Source: Microthyrium microscopicum (lineage: Eukaryota). Taken from it: a stretch of 64,000 nt of DNA. The stretch lies in assembly GCA_010405405.1 (NCBI GenBank), contig MU004235.1:1254538-1318537 (forward strand). The letters are read 5' to 3'. The position numbers were made by a program, and so were the translations under genes. Shown here piece by piece: positions 12,034-25,900 of the stretch. Under the pieces are notes generated by a model. That model was not told the DNA's origin. It ran no database searches and saw nothing but the letters and a program-made list of their open reading frames with translations. The number at the start of each line of letters is the position of its first letter. Position 1 is the first letter of the stretch.

Positions 12034-13669
12034 ATGGGTATCTTCTATCCAGCAGCTGTGGCAGCTGTAGTGCTGGGCACCGTATACTCCATCTGGACGG
12101 TCATATATCGTTTATACTTTGATCCTTTGGCGAAATATCCCGGTCCTCTTCTAAACCGAATCTCTCCTATTCCTTCTATCATATCTTTGCTCAAAGGCCG
12201 CATTGCTTTAGATGTCAAACGCTGGCATGATCAATATGGCCCAGTGATCCGAGTCACTCCTACCGAGCTGTCATTCAATAGCGTAGCAGCATGGGAAGAC
12301 ATTTATGGTCATAGGCAAGGCCTCAAGAACATGCACAAAGGTACGAAGATTTCCAGTGTCTTCTTGAATTTGAGAGCCAGAGAACCAGTTGCTAATTAAA
12401 AGAATCTAGACCCTGTTCACGTTGGATCGGTTGCGCCTCTTGCCGGAGTATCGACGTTGACAATGGCGAATGATGATGATCATGCACGACAAAGACGTGC
12501 TTTGGCATATGCTTTCTCGAATAAAGCGTTGCTAGAACAAGAGCACATTGTCCAGGGATATGTTGACTTGTTGCTCGAAAAGATGACAGCTAAGCAAACT
12601 GCTGGCGTAGACGTGAACCTTGTGGATTACCTCAACTATACGACTTTCGATATTATCGGCGACCTTGCATTCGGTGAGCCATTTGGCTGCCTCTCAGCTG
12701 AGATGTTTCATGATTGGGTCTCTCTTGTTTTCGAAACCATCAAAGTTGGCGCACTGGAACAAGCAACAAGACGTCTGGCAACAGCCGGAGGATCGTTTCA
12801 GACATTTTTGGTAAACCGAATCCCACAGTACATGAGAGACTTGCGAGTGAGCCACTTGACTCGAAGCCGAGAAAAGGTTCTGAAGAGACTAGCACAAAAG
12901 GATCTTGAGCATCGCGACTTTATCTGGTACATCTTGCAACAACAAAAAAGACATGATCTCAAGCAAGACGAGATCATTGTCAATGGTGCTCTTTTCATCG
13001 TTGCAGGTAGCGAAACCACGGCCAACCTACTTTCTGGACTCTTTGCTAGACTCATCTGGAACCCTGACAAGTACGCGAAATTAGTCGAGGAACTCCGCTC
13101 CAACATCAAAGATCCAGCGGACCTGGTTAGCGAGAAACTCAAAGAACTTCCGTACATGAATGCTTGTATCGAGGAGGGATTGAGAATTCACCCACCTGTA
13201 CCAGTCGGTCTACTGCGAACTGTTCCCAAAGGAGGTGCCTATATTGATGGAAATTTTGTTGTTGAAGGCACTTCAGTCGCTGTGAACTCATGGGCGGCTT
13301 GCCACAATCCTGTCAACTTCAAAGACTGCGACAGCTTCATACCGGAGCGCTGGATTGATGAGAAATATGCCAGTGATCAAAAGAAGGCCATGCAGCCATT
13401 CAGTCTAGGTCCAAGAGGTTGCATTGGACGCCATCTTAGCTACATGGAGATGAGAGTCATTCTCGGACGCCTTCTATGGAACTTTGACATTGTCAGCACT
13501 GATGGAGCCTGGAAGTGGAACCCGGAAGGAGAGTTGAAGCATATGCGGGCTTTCAACACCTGGGAAAAGCCGGAGTTGATGATCAAACTGTAAGTCATCC
13601 TTTGTGGATCGGATGTTTGAAGCGAAACTAACACATGTCTCTAGTGTGCCAGTTGTTCACAATAAGTGA
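12034..13669 (+). CDS. Cytochrome P450 (CYP60/CYP65-like), 3 exons
   Basis: N-terminal TM, AGSETT, EEGLR, PERW, FSLGPRGCIG; introns about 12341-12410 and 13590-13644. Confidence 0.92.
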
Positions 13670-14266
13670 GAAACGAGAAATGAATACTGTGATGGTAAAC
13701 ATGCCATATTGAATTCCTGAGGTCTTCATCGCATGTGCTAGAGAAGGCTGACACTGAGGATCTGATAGCTACCTAATTCTAAATTACGTGCTTGGCCTCT
13801 AAGCTACCTATGTAGAATAACATCTTCTTAACAGATTAAATAATCAACTATATCAATATCAAATCAACGGCAGTAAAATTAACAGTGGTTCTATCTTGAG
13901 AGTACCCGGATATAACGCGGAGAAGATAAATGTTATACAAGTCAGTCACAGCTACCACAGCCTTGCGGCATGATTCAATCATGAGAATCGTCTGGAACAT
14001 CAAATCACCCACAAATTGAGGAAAACCACCCCGCTTTGCCTATGACACTATATGTGGACCTGCAGTGATGATCAGATGCTCTTCAACCCATGGGGAGAAG
14101 GAATCTGGAGTCAAGGCGGAAAAGTAGTCCCGTCTTGGACTCCAGCTATTGTCAAATAATAGGCTGCAGGTGAGTTGTATATGATTATTTTTGTGGTACA
14201 AAAGTGAGAAAAAATCAACACGACTGCTTAACTTTTACTATTTCAATTGTCAATCAATCTTTTATC

Positions 14267-15841
14267 ATGGCGTTTCCATTCTCAAAGTCAAAGCTCCCAG
14301 AGCAGCTGTTCATCAATAACGAATATGTCAACGCCAAAGGCACAAAGAAGCTCACGCTCATAAACCCTCGAGATGGATCCCTAGTCTCGAAAAACTGCCC
14401 GATTGCAGACGAACAAGATGTAAACATTGCTGTTGCAGCTGCAGAGAAGGCACTACCCGCATGGAAGAAGATGGCCGATACAGAACGACGAAATATATTG
14501 GCCAAGTTTGCAGATCTGATAGAGAAGCATTCGGAAGAGCTATCTGAGCTCACACGAATCACACTTGGAGCTCCATATGGGGCTTTTGGAAAGTTTGAGG
14601 TCGGATTATGCGCAGAGGTTGGTCGATTCGTGAGAAATTGGGACATTTGAGTACTGATAACCGCTTTAGGCTTTTCGGTATTACTCTGGTTGGATCGGAA
14701 AGCTTGGTGGTGAATCATGGCCCGCACAAGATGGATTCATGAAGATTGTCCGGGTTGAACCTTTGGGTGTGACTGCTGGAATTGCTCCATGGAACGGTCC
14801 AGTTGGAACAGTGGGTCTAAAAGCTGCACCATCACTAGCAGCTGGCAACTGTTTCATTCTGAAGCCTTCAGAGAAAACACCATATGGCTCCCTCGCCCTT
14901 GGACATCTTGCCAAAGAGGCAGGTCTCCCGCCAGGCGTATTTCAAGTTCTCAGTGGAGATGGACCGACCACGGGGGCGCTTCTTGCTAGTCACATGAGAA
15001 TCCGTAAGATCAGTTTCACCGGAAGTATACCTACTGGCAAGAAAATCCAAGAAATGGCAGCCAAGAGTAACCTCAAGAGAGTCACACTGGAACTCGGAGG
15101 AAAATCTCCAGCTGTCATCTTTGACGATGCCAATCTCGAAAATGCAGTCTCCTGGACTGCCAACAATATCACCGCAAACACTGGACAAGTGTGCTTCGCC
15201 GCTAGCCGAGTCTACGTACAGGAAGGGATCTACGATAAGTTCATTGCAGGCTACAAACAAGCCATGGAAGACAAGAGAAATGCAGTGGGCGACCCGGAAA
15301 AAAAGGAGACTACCATTGGTCCACTGGTTGATGAAGCCCAGTTCAAGCGCGTGTCTGGCTTCATTGAACGAGGTCAAAAAGGTCAGGGCAAGCTACTAGT
15401 GGGCGGGCAAAGAATTGGAGATACTGTAAGTCGACCTCGCAGTGCTGTGATAAATTCGAAAGGTGCTAATCAAGTTAGGGATTCTTCATTGAGCCAACCG
15501 TTTTCGTCGACGTCGAGGAGAACTCTGAAATCCACAACGAAGAAATTTTCGGGCCAGTCTCTGTGGTTAGGAAGTTTAAAACAGAAGAGGAGGTTATGAA
15601 GATATCTAATGATGTCGAATTTGGCCTGATGGCGGGCGTCTTCTCTCAGGATATCAACAAGGCATTGAGAGTTGCAGCTGAATTCGAGGCTGGTATGGTG
15701 GGTGTCAACTGCATCTCAGCCATGTTCTTGGGACAGCCATTTGGAGGGTACAAGCAATCTGGACTTGGAAGAGAGGGAGGAAAGGAAGGCATGCTCGCCT
15801 GGATGGACCACAAGACCGTGTTCATCAACACCACATACTAA
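14267..15841 (+). CDS. Aldehyde dehydrogenase, 3 exons
   Basis: PWN, KPSEKT, FTGS, LELGGKSP, GQVCFA, PFGGYKQSG. Confidence 0.93.
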
Positions 15842-15939
15842 GCGTAATAATTCCAGTGCAGTTATCAGATACTTAGTCATAACTCAGATCTTTCATAAAT
15901 ATTGGCACAAGGGGACTAAGCTACTGTATGATCTAGGCC

Positions 15940-16689
15940 TCAGAAGAATGCTTTCTTCTCGCCAAACGACTTCAAATTCTTATATTCGGCCGCCACTCCA
16001 GTGTCTTTCAAAGAAGAAATGTCAACCTCCTTGTTGAACTCCATAACCACAAGAAATTTGGGAGGCGCTTTCAGCCCTCCCTCACCTGGGGCTAGTCTAT
16101 TCTGTCTGGAAAAATAGTTCTTGTACAAGCTCACCCTAATAGCTTCTTCCTGCAAAGGAAGCTTCTTGATAATTGATTCTGCCTTGCTTGCGTCGTCTCC
16201 CTCCACATCAAAGCAAAGAGTGACTACATGGCTGGGTACGGCTGTGCACATTTAGACTCAAGATCTGGACAACATACAATCGCACTAACCTGCGCGTTTC
16301 GCTTCTCCTTTCAAGTGTTGGACATTGGAGTAGTAGCGAGTATCAAAGTCTGCGAAATTGAAAATGGGCCCGCCGTCAGGTAGAAGGTTGTCATTGACAG
16401 GGATAGATCTGAATGCATCGGAGGTCAAAAACGACATGTCTTCCATAGGATATAGAGCTAAATAAGGACGTTCAACCTTTCCTGGAGTGACTGTCTCATA
16501 GCGAAAGGCTGATTTGATTCCTTGAGGTTTGGTGGCGAAGATATCGGCGATATGTACGTCCTCATACCATTGAGCAAACAACGCTGGTGGCATGGATTTG
16601 GCATCCGTGATTTTGGAGTTCACGTAGAGAATTCCTGGCCCAGAAGTGGAGGCAATGTTGTAGTTCGGAAATTCAGCTGAGCCAACCAT
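15940..16689 (-). CDS. Hypothetical protein, EthD-like dimeric alpha/beta barrel candidate, 2 exons
   Basis: WYEDVHIADI and RPYLALY motifs; intron 16242-16289 joins two ORFs in frame. Confidence 0.6.
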
Positions 16690-17277
16690 GATGAGGATTT
16701 GATGAAGAACTTGAAGATGGCAGTTGAAAGGATAACACAGATCTTGGAAATTGAAAGTGGTTGATCAATGAATTTGATGACTTTCGCTGTAAGTTTGTAA
16801 TGCAAGGCTTTTGTACTCCTGAATTGAAATTCCAGTATTACTTGACATATGTTCCTTCATGTCATGGGAAGCAACTAGGTTTATTGACCAAAGTAGCCGT
16901 TACCCGTCCCGGCCAAACACGTTGAATTTCTCCAGTTGCTTGTTCCTCGTACCCCAGATTATTGGATAGGTCTTTTACTATTAAACTCGGTAGCTTCAAG
17001 CCGATGTTGGAAAGGGTTTACAAGATGGAAACCTTACCCGGTCCAGGTATGGGCCACTTTTCCGCCTCTTGGCCAACCACCACTAAACACAACATGTGAA
17101 ACTAAATCAACATTTATGATGAGATCAATACTTGATACATACAACTAACTAGATACTGCCGCGTTATCCGTTTTTTTCGGCCATACTTGAGTCAAATATC
17201 GCTGTAACACCAAATTTGTCGACACATCCTATGAAGATCAATCACAAAAATCAAAACCGAAAACCAGAACCTGAAAA

Positions 17278-18521
17278 ATGAGTTCAGCTCCGAAAGTCGC
17301 TTTGGTGTTTGGTGCCAGTGGGGTAACAGGATGGAGTTTTGTCAATGAGATATTGAATGACTACCCCAAAAAGGGCATCTGGGGAAAGGTATATGCGCTT
17401 ACAAACAGACCCTTGAAAGAAGAGACCACCATTTGGCCCAAAGATGACAGGCTTGAAATCGTGTCTGGGATTGATCTTCTCAAAGGCAGCCAAGAAGACT
17501 TGGAGAAAGAGCTTAAGAGTAAAATCAAGGATATATCAAAAGTCACACACGTCTATTATCTTGGTAAGCTCACCAGCGAAATTTTAAAGAAAAGAAAGAA
17601 GCTAAATGTTTCGCAGCTTACAAGGCAAACCCTCATGACCTCAAGGCAGAATTAGACGATGCCGTCGCCATGTGGAGTCGCTCAACTATTGCCATGGACC
17701 ATATTAGCCCCAGTCTCGAATTCGTTATCCTCCAAACCGGCGCCAAAATGTATGGCTGCCATCTTCTCGAGAACCATCCCACTGACTACATCCACCCACC
17801 ACTTCACGAGAATCTCCCGCGACTCAAACAGCCTTATCACGATCAACTCTTCTACCACCCACAGCTGGACTGGGCTCACGATTACGCCAAAGGCAAGGCG
17901 TGGAAATGGTGCGACACACGCCCCGACATTATCATCGGCTTCCACCCGACGCCCAATTTTTACAGTCTCGGGCAAGTCCTCGGCATCTACATGACGCTCT
18001 TCCGAGCTGTTGAAGGCGCTGGCGCAGAGTGCCCATGGCCCGGCACTAAACAAAGTTGGGTAGCAAAGAGCCACGACTCTAGCAGTGATATGATTGCGCG
18101 TCAGACACTACATCTGTCACTGACAATTGATGACAAGTACAACGGCACAGGATTCAATGTTGGAGATGCAAAGCAATGGTATACATGGGAAACCAAGTGG
18201 CCGGCAATCTGCAAGTATTTCGGACTCAAGGGCGTCGGACCGGAAAGCGGGAAGGAGGGCACGGAGGTGAGAGCGTATATCAAGGAACATTTGGCGGAGT
18301 GGAAGAAGATAGAGAAGGAGCATGGCCTACAATCTGGGTTTGCGGACAGCGAGATGGTGATCCCTGGGTTTGAGTTCTTTTTGATCACGCAGTTCGATTT
18401 CGATCGTCAGTATGATATGACCAAGATGTATGATGTTGCTGGGTTCAAGGAGGAGCGAACTCCAGCGCAGACTTGGGGTGGAGTTTTCGACAGGATGAGA
18501 AAGGCAAAGATCATTCCATGA
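17278..18521 (+). CDS. SirQ-like / PRISE-family NAD(P)-dependent reductase, 2 exons
   Basis: VFGASGVTGW, LQTGAKMY, LFYHPQLD, TRPDIIIGF; intron about 17564-17616. Confidence 0.85.
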
Positions 18522-19849
18522 GACTGATCTTGAATTTGGCATTGTCGTCCGATGGATAGATATTGAATCCATCCCCTATAGATTCAAGCTAATCAGTAAA
18601 AGAGATCCAAAATCTATTTTGATGTTGAGCTTGTGAGCCCATCACATCGCTATTACATCAAGTCAGTGTACCACATCTACTAGAACGATAAATGAGTACC
18701 TTCCTCTTGAGCAGACGAACCGGATGAACATCAACCAATTCATCAAGCCCAGCAACTCTAGCAGATTTCTCAACCATTGTCAAAAAAATAAGGCCAGACT
18801 TCTAGAAGCACCATCGTCATCACAGAAATTTTTCTTCCACGTGGACGTGGTACCATGAACCTGAAATGCCACGATCTCCAGAAAAACGTGGCACCAATTC
18901 CAGAACACGTTATTATCTCCATGCACGCTCTCACCACGCCACAGGCTTGCTAGCATCAAATGCGGCACCAAAGTCAGTTCTTCACGCAAAAGCATCAGCC
19001 CAAAAAAAAAATGAAATCTCCCTCAACCGTCTGCACAATGCAGTCACACTCCCATTTTTCCATGGAAGTATGCAGAGAACATGTATGGAAACATGCACCG
19101 AACACGCGTAGAAGCAACGCCGCATTTGGCAGGTGCCGTTATTCTGTGCCTCCAAAAAAGGGGTGGAGGTAAAGAGGGACATATCCGATGCTGTTAGGCT
19201 GCATATTAAAGCACATTATCCGATTTACTTCACTTCCCTTCGGTGCCCTGCAATTCCCTGCGGCAAAGGGGACCGGTCAGTAATATGTGCCGTGCAGAGG
19301 GGAGATGGTGTGGGTGAGGTGCAGTAAATATGCTGTCGGGCGCAGCTGCTCCTGCATAGAGGGAAATGTACTCTGCGAAAGGCATTGGCTGTGGGCTCAG
19401 GGGAAACATTGAGAATGCTGGGGCTGTGTGCATTGGGTTTTCTTATTTTGTGTGAGTGCATAAACGAAATGACCACAAGGCTGGGAAAAGTTGGAGACAA
19501 TGGAGAATTGATCAGAGAATATATGGAAATAAAATTTAACATTGTTTACAGTGGTAGTAATGTCAAGTATGGACTTGGTGAAATTGATTTTGATGAAGAA
19601 TAGAGTACAGTAAAAGTTATCGCAAACATATTTCCCGGCGCCGGAGTCCCCTTCTAGTTATAGTATTCATACATGTGCGTCATGAGTGTTCGTAAAAGGA
19701 GTGATTACGTTAATAACGCTGTCCCAAATTATACATCATTTATGTTTTGCAACATATCAGAATCCGTTTACCGTGCGAGATTGGAAGCAAGATAGACACA
19801 AGGAAAAGGATTAGGTGCGTTTGGCGTATAAGCGAAAGGCCAAGCGTTA

Positions 19850-21139
19850 TTAGGCATTACCAAAGGGATAATAACCCTGGGCTGGTCCATCGACTGGACT
19901 GGAAGTGTAAGAAGTTGAAAATGTTGGTGTTCGTGTGATATGTTGGGTGATGATGTGCTCAGAGCCATAAGCAATGTCTTGCCACTTCCTCTCGCATTGT
20001 TTGGCAGACCATTTCTCGGCTGCACCGAAGCTGGCCATCTGGGATTGTTGTTAGTCATGGGCTCAGATTTGTGGTTATCTATTTACATACCTTGTTGGCA
20101 ATGATCTCGAACTTCTGAGAGACCCAGTAATCATGAGCCAAGCGAAGAGCGGAGACGTCGACATCGGTCCAGGTCCGCATGCGCTCACGTAGACGCTTGA
20201 GACGCATCTGAAGAGCAGGGATATGGAAGTACTTGTTCATGTCTGACTTGAAGCGATCTTGGATGTCCTTCCAGGTCAGCTTTTCGTCATCCTTGAGTCG
20301 AAGAAGAAGTTCGTCCTCCATGTTGAGTTCGGAGCCTGTAGTGGGAGATGGCGTGACTGAGCGCTTCCTTTTCGATGCTGGTGAGATGTCTGTATCTTCA
20401 TCGATGCTAAGTGGTCGCTTGGCACCAGCTGCTGCTTGAAGTTGGCGAAGACCTGCCGGATTGGGTGCAATAGGAGTCCACTGTCGCCGAGCTGGCGGAG
20501 GAGCAATTGGCGTTTGAGTCTCGGAGATAGATGAGATGGAGTGTTGATGGCGAGGTCGCGGTGATGAAGCGGGTGTGAGCTGGGGTGCTGTCACTTGGAT
20601 ACCTAGGCCCTGAGTAGGCTTGGGCTGAGGCTCGTGATGGTGGTTTGCAGATGGCCATGAAGTTGAGACGCCTGGTCCAAATGTACTTGGACTACTTCGA
20701 GGTCGAGATGGAGGTAGTTCGACCTCAGTCTCTAGGTGGCTGAGATGAGGATGTGGTCGCAGAACAGGGAAATCAAATGGTGGATGCAAGGAAATAGGAG
20801 TCAGTGAATCATGGAAGTCAGATGATGGTTCCGAGACGGGAGTAAGATGAGCGATATTAGGAAATAGTGAAGAAGTTCCTGGCATAGGTGAAGTCACAGA
20901 ACTTGTCGTATAAAAGTGGTGAAAGTCGATGTCGTAGGTACCCATTTCTTGTAAGAACTGATGACAGTGATATTAGAGACGAACGAATGAAAGCGAAGTC
21001 TTGTACTTACATTGCTGACTGGAAGAGTCAGGGCTGGACCAAATAATTGTTCGTTAAAGGGACTGCAGGTAACAGCGGCGAAGCTTGTTGGTATGTATGC
21101 CTCCTCCTGGTACGGAGAGCAGGTGGTTGGTGCAGACAT
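19850..21139 (-). CDS. Myb/SANT-like helix-turn-helix protein with Pro/Ser-rich N-terminus, 3 exons
   Basis: EDELLLRLKDDEKLTWKDI...ALQMRLKRLR and WTDVD...WSAKQCERKW; introns about 20958-21010 and 20039-20091. Confidence 0.75.
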
Positions 21140-24100
21140 ATCGTGTGCGGCGATCAAAAAAATACTTGTAGGAAGCTGTTGTACTCGGGTCTGTTGGTGT
21201 TGGTGCTATGGAAAAATCGATGCGAACTGATGACAATGCTGTTGGTTGGCCAATATAAAAGTGAGGGTTGTTGGACAGAACTGTAGTACTTGTTACTTGT
21301 TAAGCGAAAGAGGGTTTGATTGAATGACCAGATTCAACAACGATAGTGTATGTAGAGCGAATGTTATTTCAAAGAACCAAAACAGTAACTGAAGCCAAAT
21401 CTATCCAGAGACGTGTCTGAAGGGCAGCCCAGGCTTAACTTATGAAGTATTCTCCGACGCTCTCTCGGAGTCTGGCTGATTGTGACATTGTGCATACAAG
21501 GCTTCCCATCCACCAACGGGAATGAAAGCCAGGTCTTGCAGTACCAACTTATTTTTGGGCGTCGAGTCCAATCAGTCTGGGATCCATCTCGTGCTAAGCC
21601 GCCTGCTGCAGAGGCAAAGATGGTTGCAGCAAAAGATCCAGTCTGCAGAAGGGCGGTGTTTTCATTGACCCCCTGTCATTGTCTAACCACGATCATATTA
21701 GCCGGGCGTCTGTTGATCCGTCTCCATGTTTCATTGGCTGTTTGCCGCGGTCTGTGCTACTTATTCCCTGCTCACCTATTCTTCTCTATTGTCGCTGCTT
21801 AAAGGTTCTTGTTGTCCAAACCAAACATTCGACCCATTATCATGCCTGGTCAGAGCAGCCTACTTTAGCCCATGAGGAGATCAGATCATGTCTCTCAGCA
21901 AACCATCATCATACAGCGTACACATTGTCTTCAATGGTTCTATAGCAGGACCTGCTTCTAAGCAATCTCCTCTAAAGCCTGACATGAAAAGCTCAGCTCG
22001 TTGGCAGCACCCTAGCAATTTACCAACTTCCTCACACACTCCTCCGCCCTCCCCGCGCGTAGTAGACGCGAACCATCATCAAGTGTTGTTTCATCTTTCT
22101 TGGAATATCAGTCGGGTTCTATCAAAGATCGTCTCGAATCTGCCTTTCCTCTTGGTGGTGCTGAACCATACCTTGATCTGGACTCTCAGGACTCCAGTCT
22201 GATGGAACCACCAACACATCGTGGCGACTAATTCTAAATCCAGCTAATTTGCCTGAAGTTGTGTGGATATCTGCTGTTAATGTGCCGCATTAAGAAGTAT
22301 TCGGCACTAATGTCATCCATCTTTGGTGCGGGAGCAGGATAGTTCCGATGTTAGACAGGCCAGGTCACTGGTTCGCCTCGTTGCGATCCGCGAAGAACCT
22401 AGAGTCGAGTATATCCCCATGAACTCTATGCATTATGCTCCCACGGCTCATGTCGTGCAACTCGGAATTTTCCACTTTCCGTTCTCTGAATAAGCTCTGA
22501 GCCTCCTATATCATCAAGATGACGACAAGGACCCATGTGGTCGAGAGGGAGACAAAAACGATCGCCCGACCACGCTTTCCAAAGAGCCACGATACTAGCC
22601 TCTTCCGCCCGGGAGAAGCTTCGATCGGATCTTCCAACGAAACATGTGTCTTGAATTCTGAAATGGGAAGCCCATGGCTCAAAAGAAATGCGGCGAAGAC
22701 AGATCATTGGTGGCCTAGAACGGGCCGCCCCGCACTTGCGTTGGCGCCACGAATTTCTCCTTCCGCGCTTCTGTGCCTCTCTCAATTGGGGTTTTTACGC
22801 AATCTTGATCTCAACGAGTTTGGGCTGAAAAGCGGCGGCCAGCGCGGTTGTTTCATTAGCCATAGGTCTTCTCCGATATTCTCAACACATGGGGAAATAA
22901 TGGTTCCCGACTACAAGAAACCTCATCAATCCAAGAAATTACAGGACTGAAAAGTGATCAAGACTCGGAGGGGTTTGCTCGATTGCGCGTGGTGCTAAAT
23001 TAAGAACGGCTTGCTGTTCTCGTGCAGCTTGTAGTCAGTAAGCGTGATAAAGTCTCAACGGTGACGGAGCAAAAAATCCCTCGACGTTTTCGGCCTAGAT
23101 AATTTCAAAGCATGATCGCTTTTTCTTGTCTTAGAGGCTGATGATTTCGTGCCTACTGCAATGCCTAGTCACTTAGTCGCATACTCTATAGCAACAAAGT
23201 AGACAAAGTAGAAGACATACCTTTAATCAGCCAACCAGAGTCTGGGTTGTAGTTGTTGACCACGCGAGAAAGCACAGGGCATCACTCAGCCGCAATTATG
23301 ATCTCCTGTTGGACAATTGCCCGGAAGATCGTGTTTCAAGTTCTGGTTCCTGGTACCAAAGCAATTCCTGATGGTGGGGAGCATTTAGAGGCAGTACGTT
23401 CAACCGCCTCTGCCGCAGTTCTTTGATCGAGGCGCCGAGGCATTATTGCTGAGGCGTGCACTTTTACAGGACATCAGATACTCGGATTTGTACTGAAAGC
23501 CACTGCGACTCAATGTACCCATCAATGCTGCACTTGGCTATCATGCCATCATGTAATTCTTGGCCGACTTCATGGATGATAGCAACTATTACCTTTCTAG
23601 ATAAGATGCAAGTAGCTCTTAACGACTCAGCCAGTACGAGCAGACTACAGTGATGTTCTTAAAAAAGAAATAGAATGGTTGTGTGCAGCAGGAAGTGTTT
23701 AGTGTGCAGGTAAAGAGAGGCTGTGTATATCGGAGGTCGGAGGACACACCTGAAGGGCCGCCAGGCTCCAGTGAACGTTGAGATTAGTATGAACGAGCTT
23801 AGTAATGATCTTGAAAGGCCATCCGGTCGACAAGATAACTGGCGGGCTCTCATCAAACTTGGTGGCTCCCATAACAAGCTCTGCTATCGAGCTTTATCAG
23901 GTACCATATCGTACACGCCGTCTAAATTCGCCTTTTATTGAATGTATTGCAATATTCAAGTCCTTTTAATTGATAGTTTTCGTGGGAGCCAGCGAAGCCG
24001 ATGGCAGCACGCCGTTCAATGTCCTTCTAAGTTCTGTTCTCCTGGAAAAGATCTTGATGGGATCTTGATGGGATGGCAACCCTACCTACTCCGTAGAGGC

Positions 24101-24392
24101 CAAAACCCTAAGGAGGATGCCAAGACCCTGTCAAGCTGTTGCGCTAGGGTGACGCGCCTTCCATCCAAAGCTGCAGAGGCCTTCCTCAGAGGTGCAGCTG
24201 CCTTCCTGAATCCTCAAACATGAAGCTATTGCCCTGATCAACATCGTGCTTGATCTGGTGTCACATCTTGAGCTATACACTCTCTACTATTCTCTACTAT
24301 CGCACCACATTACACGCTATATACGGCAACAGTTCAACAAAACGCTGCAACCTCGCATCGTTCCCCTGGCTTCAGCTCCGCTGGCTACCACC

Positions 24393-25561
24393 ATGGCTGA
24401 TGTCAGTTCAGCATTTAACATCTTCCGCGTGACGGGAGATGTCTCTCACATACTCTCCAAGATCATACTCATATGGTCGATACACTGGAACAGAAGCGCG
24501 GAGGTACGTACAGCATTTCGTCGACTGGCTTTGTAGAAGCCTAGAGCTAACAACACGTTTAGGGAGTCTCCTTGATAACACAAGCACTCTACATACTCGT
24601 CTTCTCGACTAGATATCTCGACATTTTCTCTACCCCTATATTCAAAGGCTTCAAATACTTCTACCTCTTTGCTGTCAAGCTGTTCTATGTTGGCAGCTCC
24701 GTGTATATTGTCAGCCTTATGACATTTGCATATGCTCGCACACGCGAACGAGAGAAGGCATGGAAGTTCGGTATCTACTGTCTCACGGGAGCGCTGATTC
24801 TGGCATGGCCTCTATGCAAGATCTTCGAAAAGGGCCCGTTTGTTGGCGACACGCATTTCCTCTACAGACATGACGTGTCCTTCTCAGAGGTTAGTATCAA
24901 TGATAAAATGCTGGAATAAAGCTCACGAATCTAGATCTTATGGGTATTCTCCGAAGTCCTTGAGTCCGTTTGCGTCCTTCCTCAACTACTCCTCTTACGA
25001 CAAACAACAGTCCCAACTGTGATCGACTCGTACTACCTCACACTACTCGGCTCGTACAGAGGGCTTTACTGCCTAAACTGGATATACAGAGCTGCCAGCA
25101 AAGTCGATCGTCATTTTGACCCTATATCCGTCGTATTTGGCGTCATCCAAACCGCATTATACATCGACTTTGCGTGGGTATACTACAGCCGACAAAGAGT
25201 CAAGTTACGGGCCGGTGGGATCGTAGACTCTGACGACTTGGAACGCGGATGGCTCGTTGGCCGGTTTGTGGGTAAGCACCGCGACTTAGACGACGACGCC
25301 CCCGCCGACGTAGAGCAAGGCGTCGGCCGCCAAAAGACTAATCGCTGGGGCGCACGCGGGATCTCTGTATCCGCAGATGACGAATTCGATGATGCTTCCG
25401 GTGAAGATGCTAGGCCCTTGGCGTTGGCTGACCCGGATGCATTTGAAGACGAGCTTAGCGACGACGAGAGCGCTCCGCCTGCAGCATCCAACTCAAAACA
25501 GGCACAGGTGCACGAGGAAGCCGAATCGCCATGGGCAGCGGAGGAATCGAGCTCAAAATAG
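24393..25561 (+). CDS. ERD2: ER lumen protein-retaining (HDEL/KDEL) receptor family protein with acidic C-terminal extension
   Basis: NIFRVTGDVSH, GVSLITQALY..VFSTRYLD, LESVCVLPQL, LGSYRGLYCLNW, QTALYIDF. Confidence 0.85.
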
Positions 25562-25900
25562 GCCATGATTTGAGATTATGTTTGAATGACCGCATCTGTT
25601 ACTCTGGCTTGTTTTTGGCATATGGCGAGCGTTGGATCTATTCAGTCCCGGATATCCTTGTAAATGCAGCATATTTGTGCACAGAAATCCAGAAATCTTT
25701 TGTCCATTCTTCATTCTCGTGATGCCAACCGACATATCGATCCAACTGCTAAGAAAACGTTCGTATACATGACTATAATCATCTAACTGCGCCAGAAACC
25801 CATGCCAATCTGCACATCCCATGCTCAAACTTCCCACCCATGCGTTCCAATCTACCCATGTTTCCACACACCCATGCATCCATCAACAGATTTCCAAATC

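Noticed and set aside
21140..24390. Several 60-143 aa ORFs in the long intergenic region
   Set aside because: No motifs or consistent splice structure; more likely the extended regulatory region of the Myb-like gene
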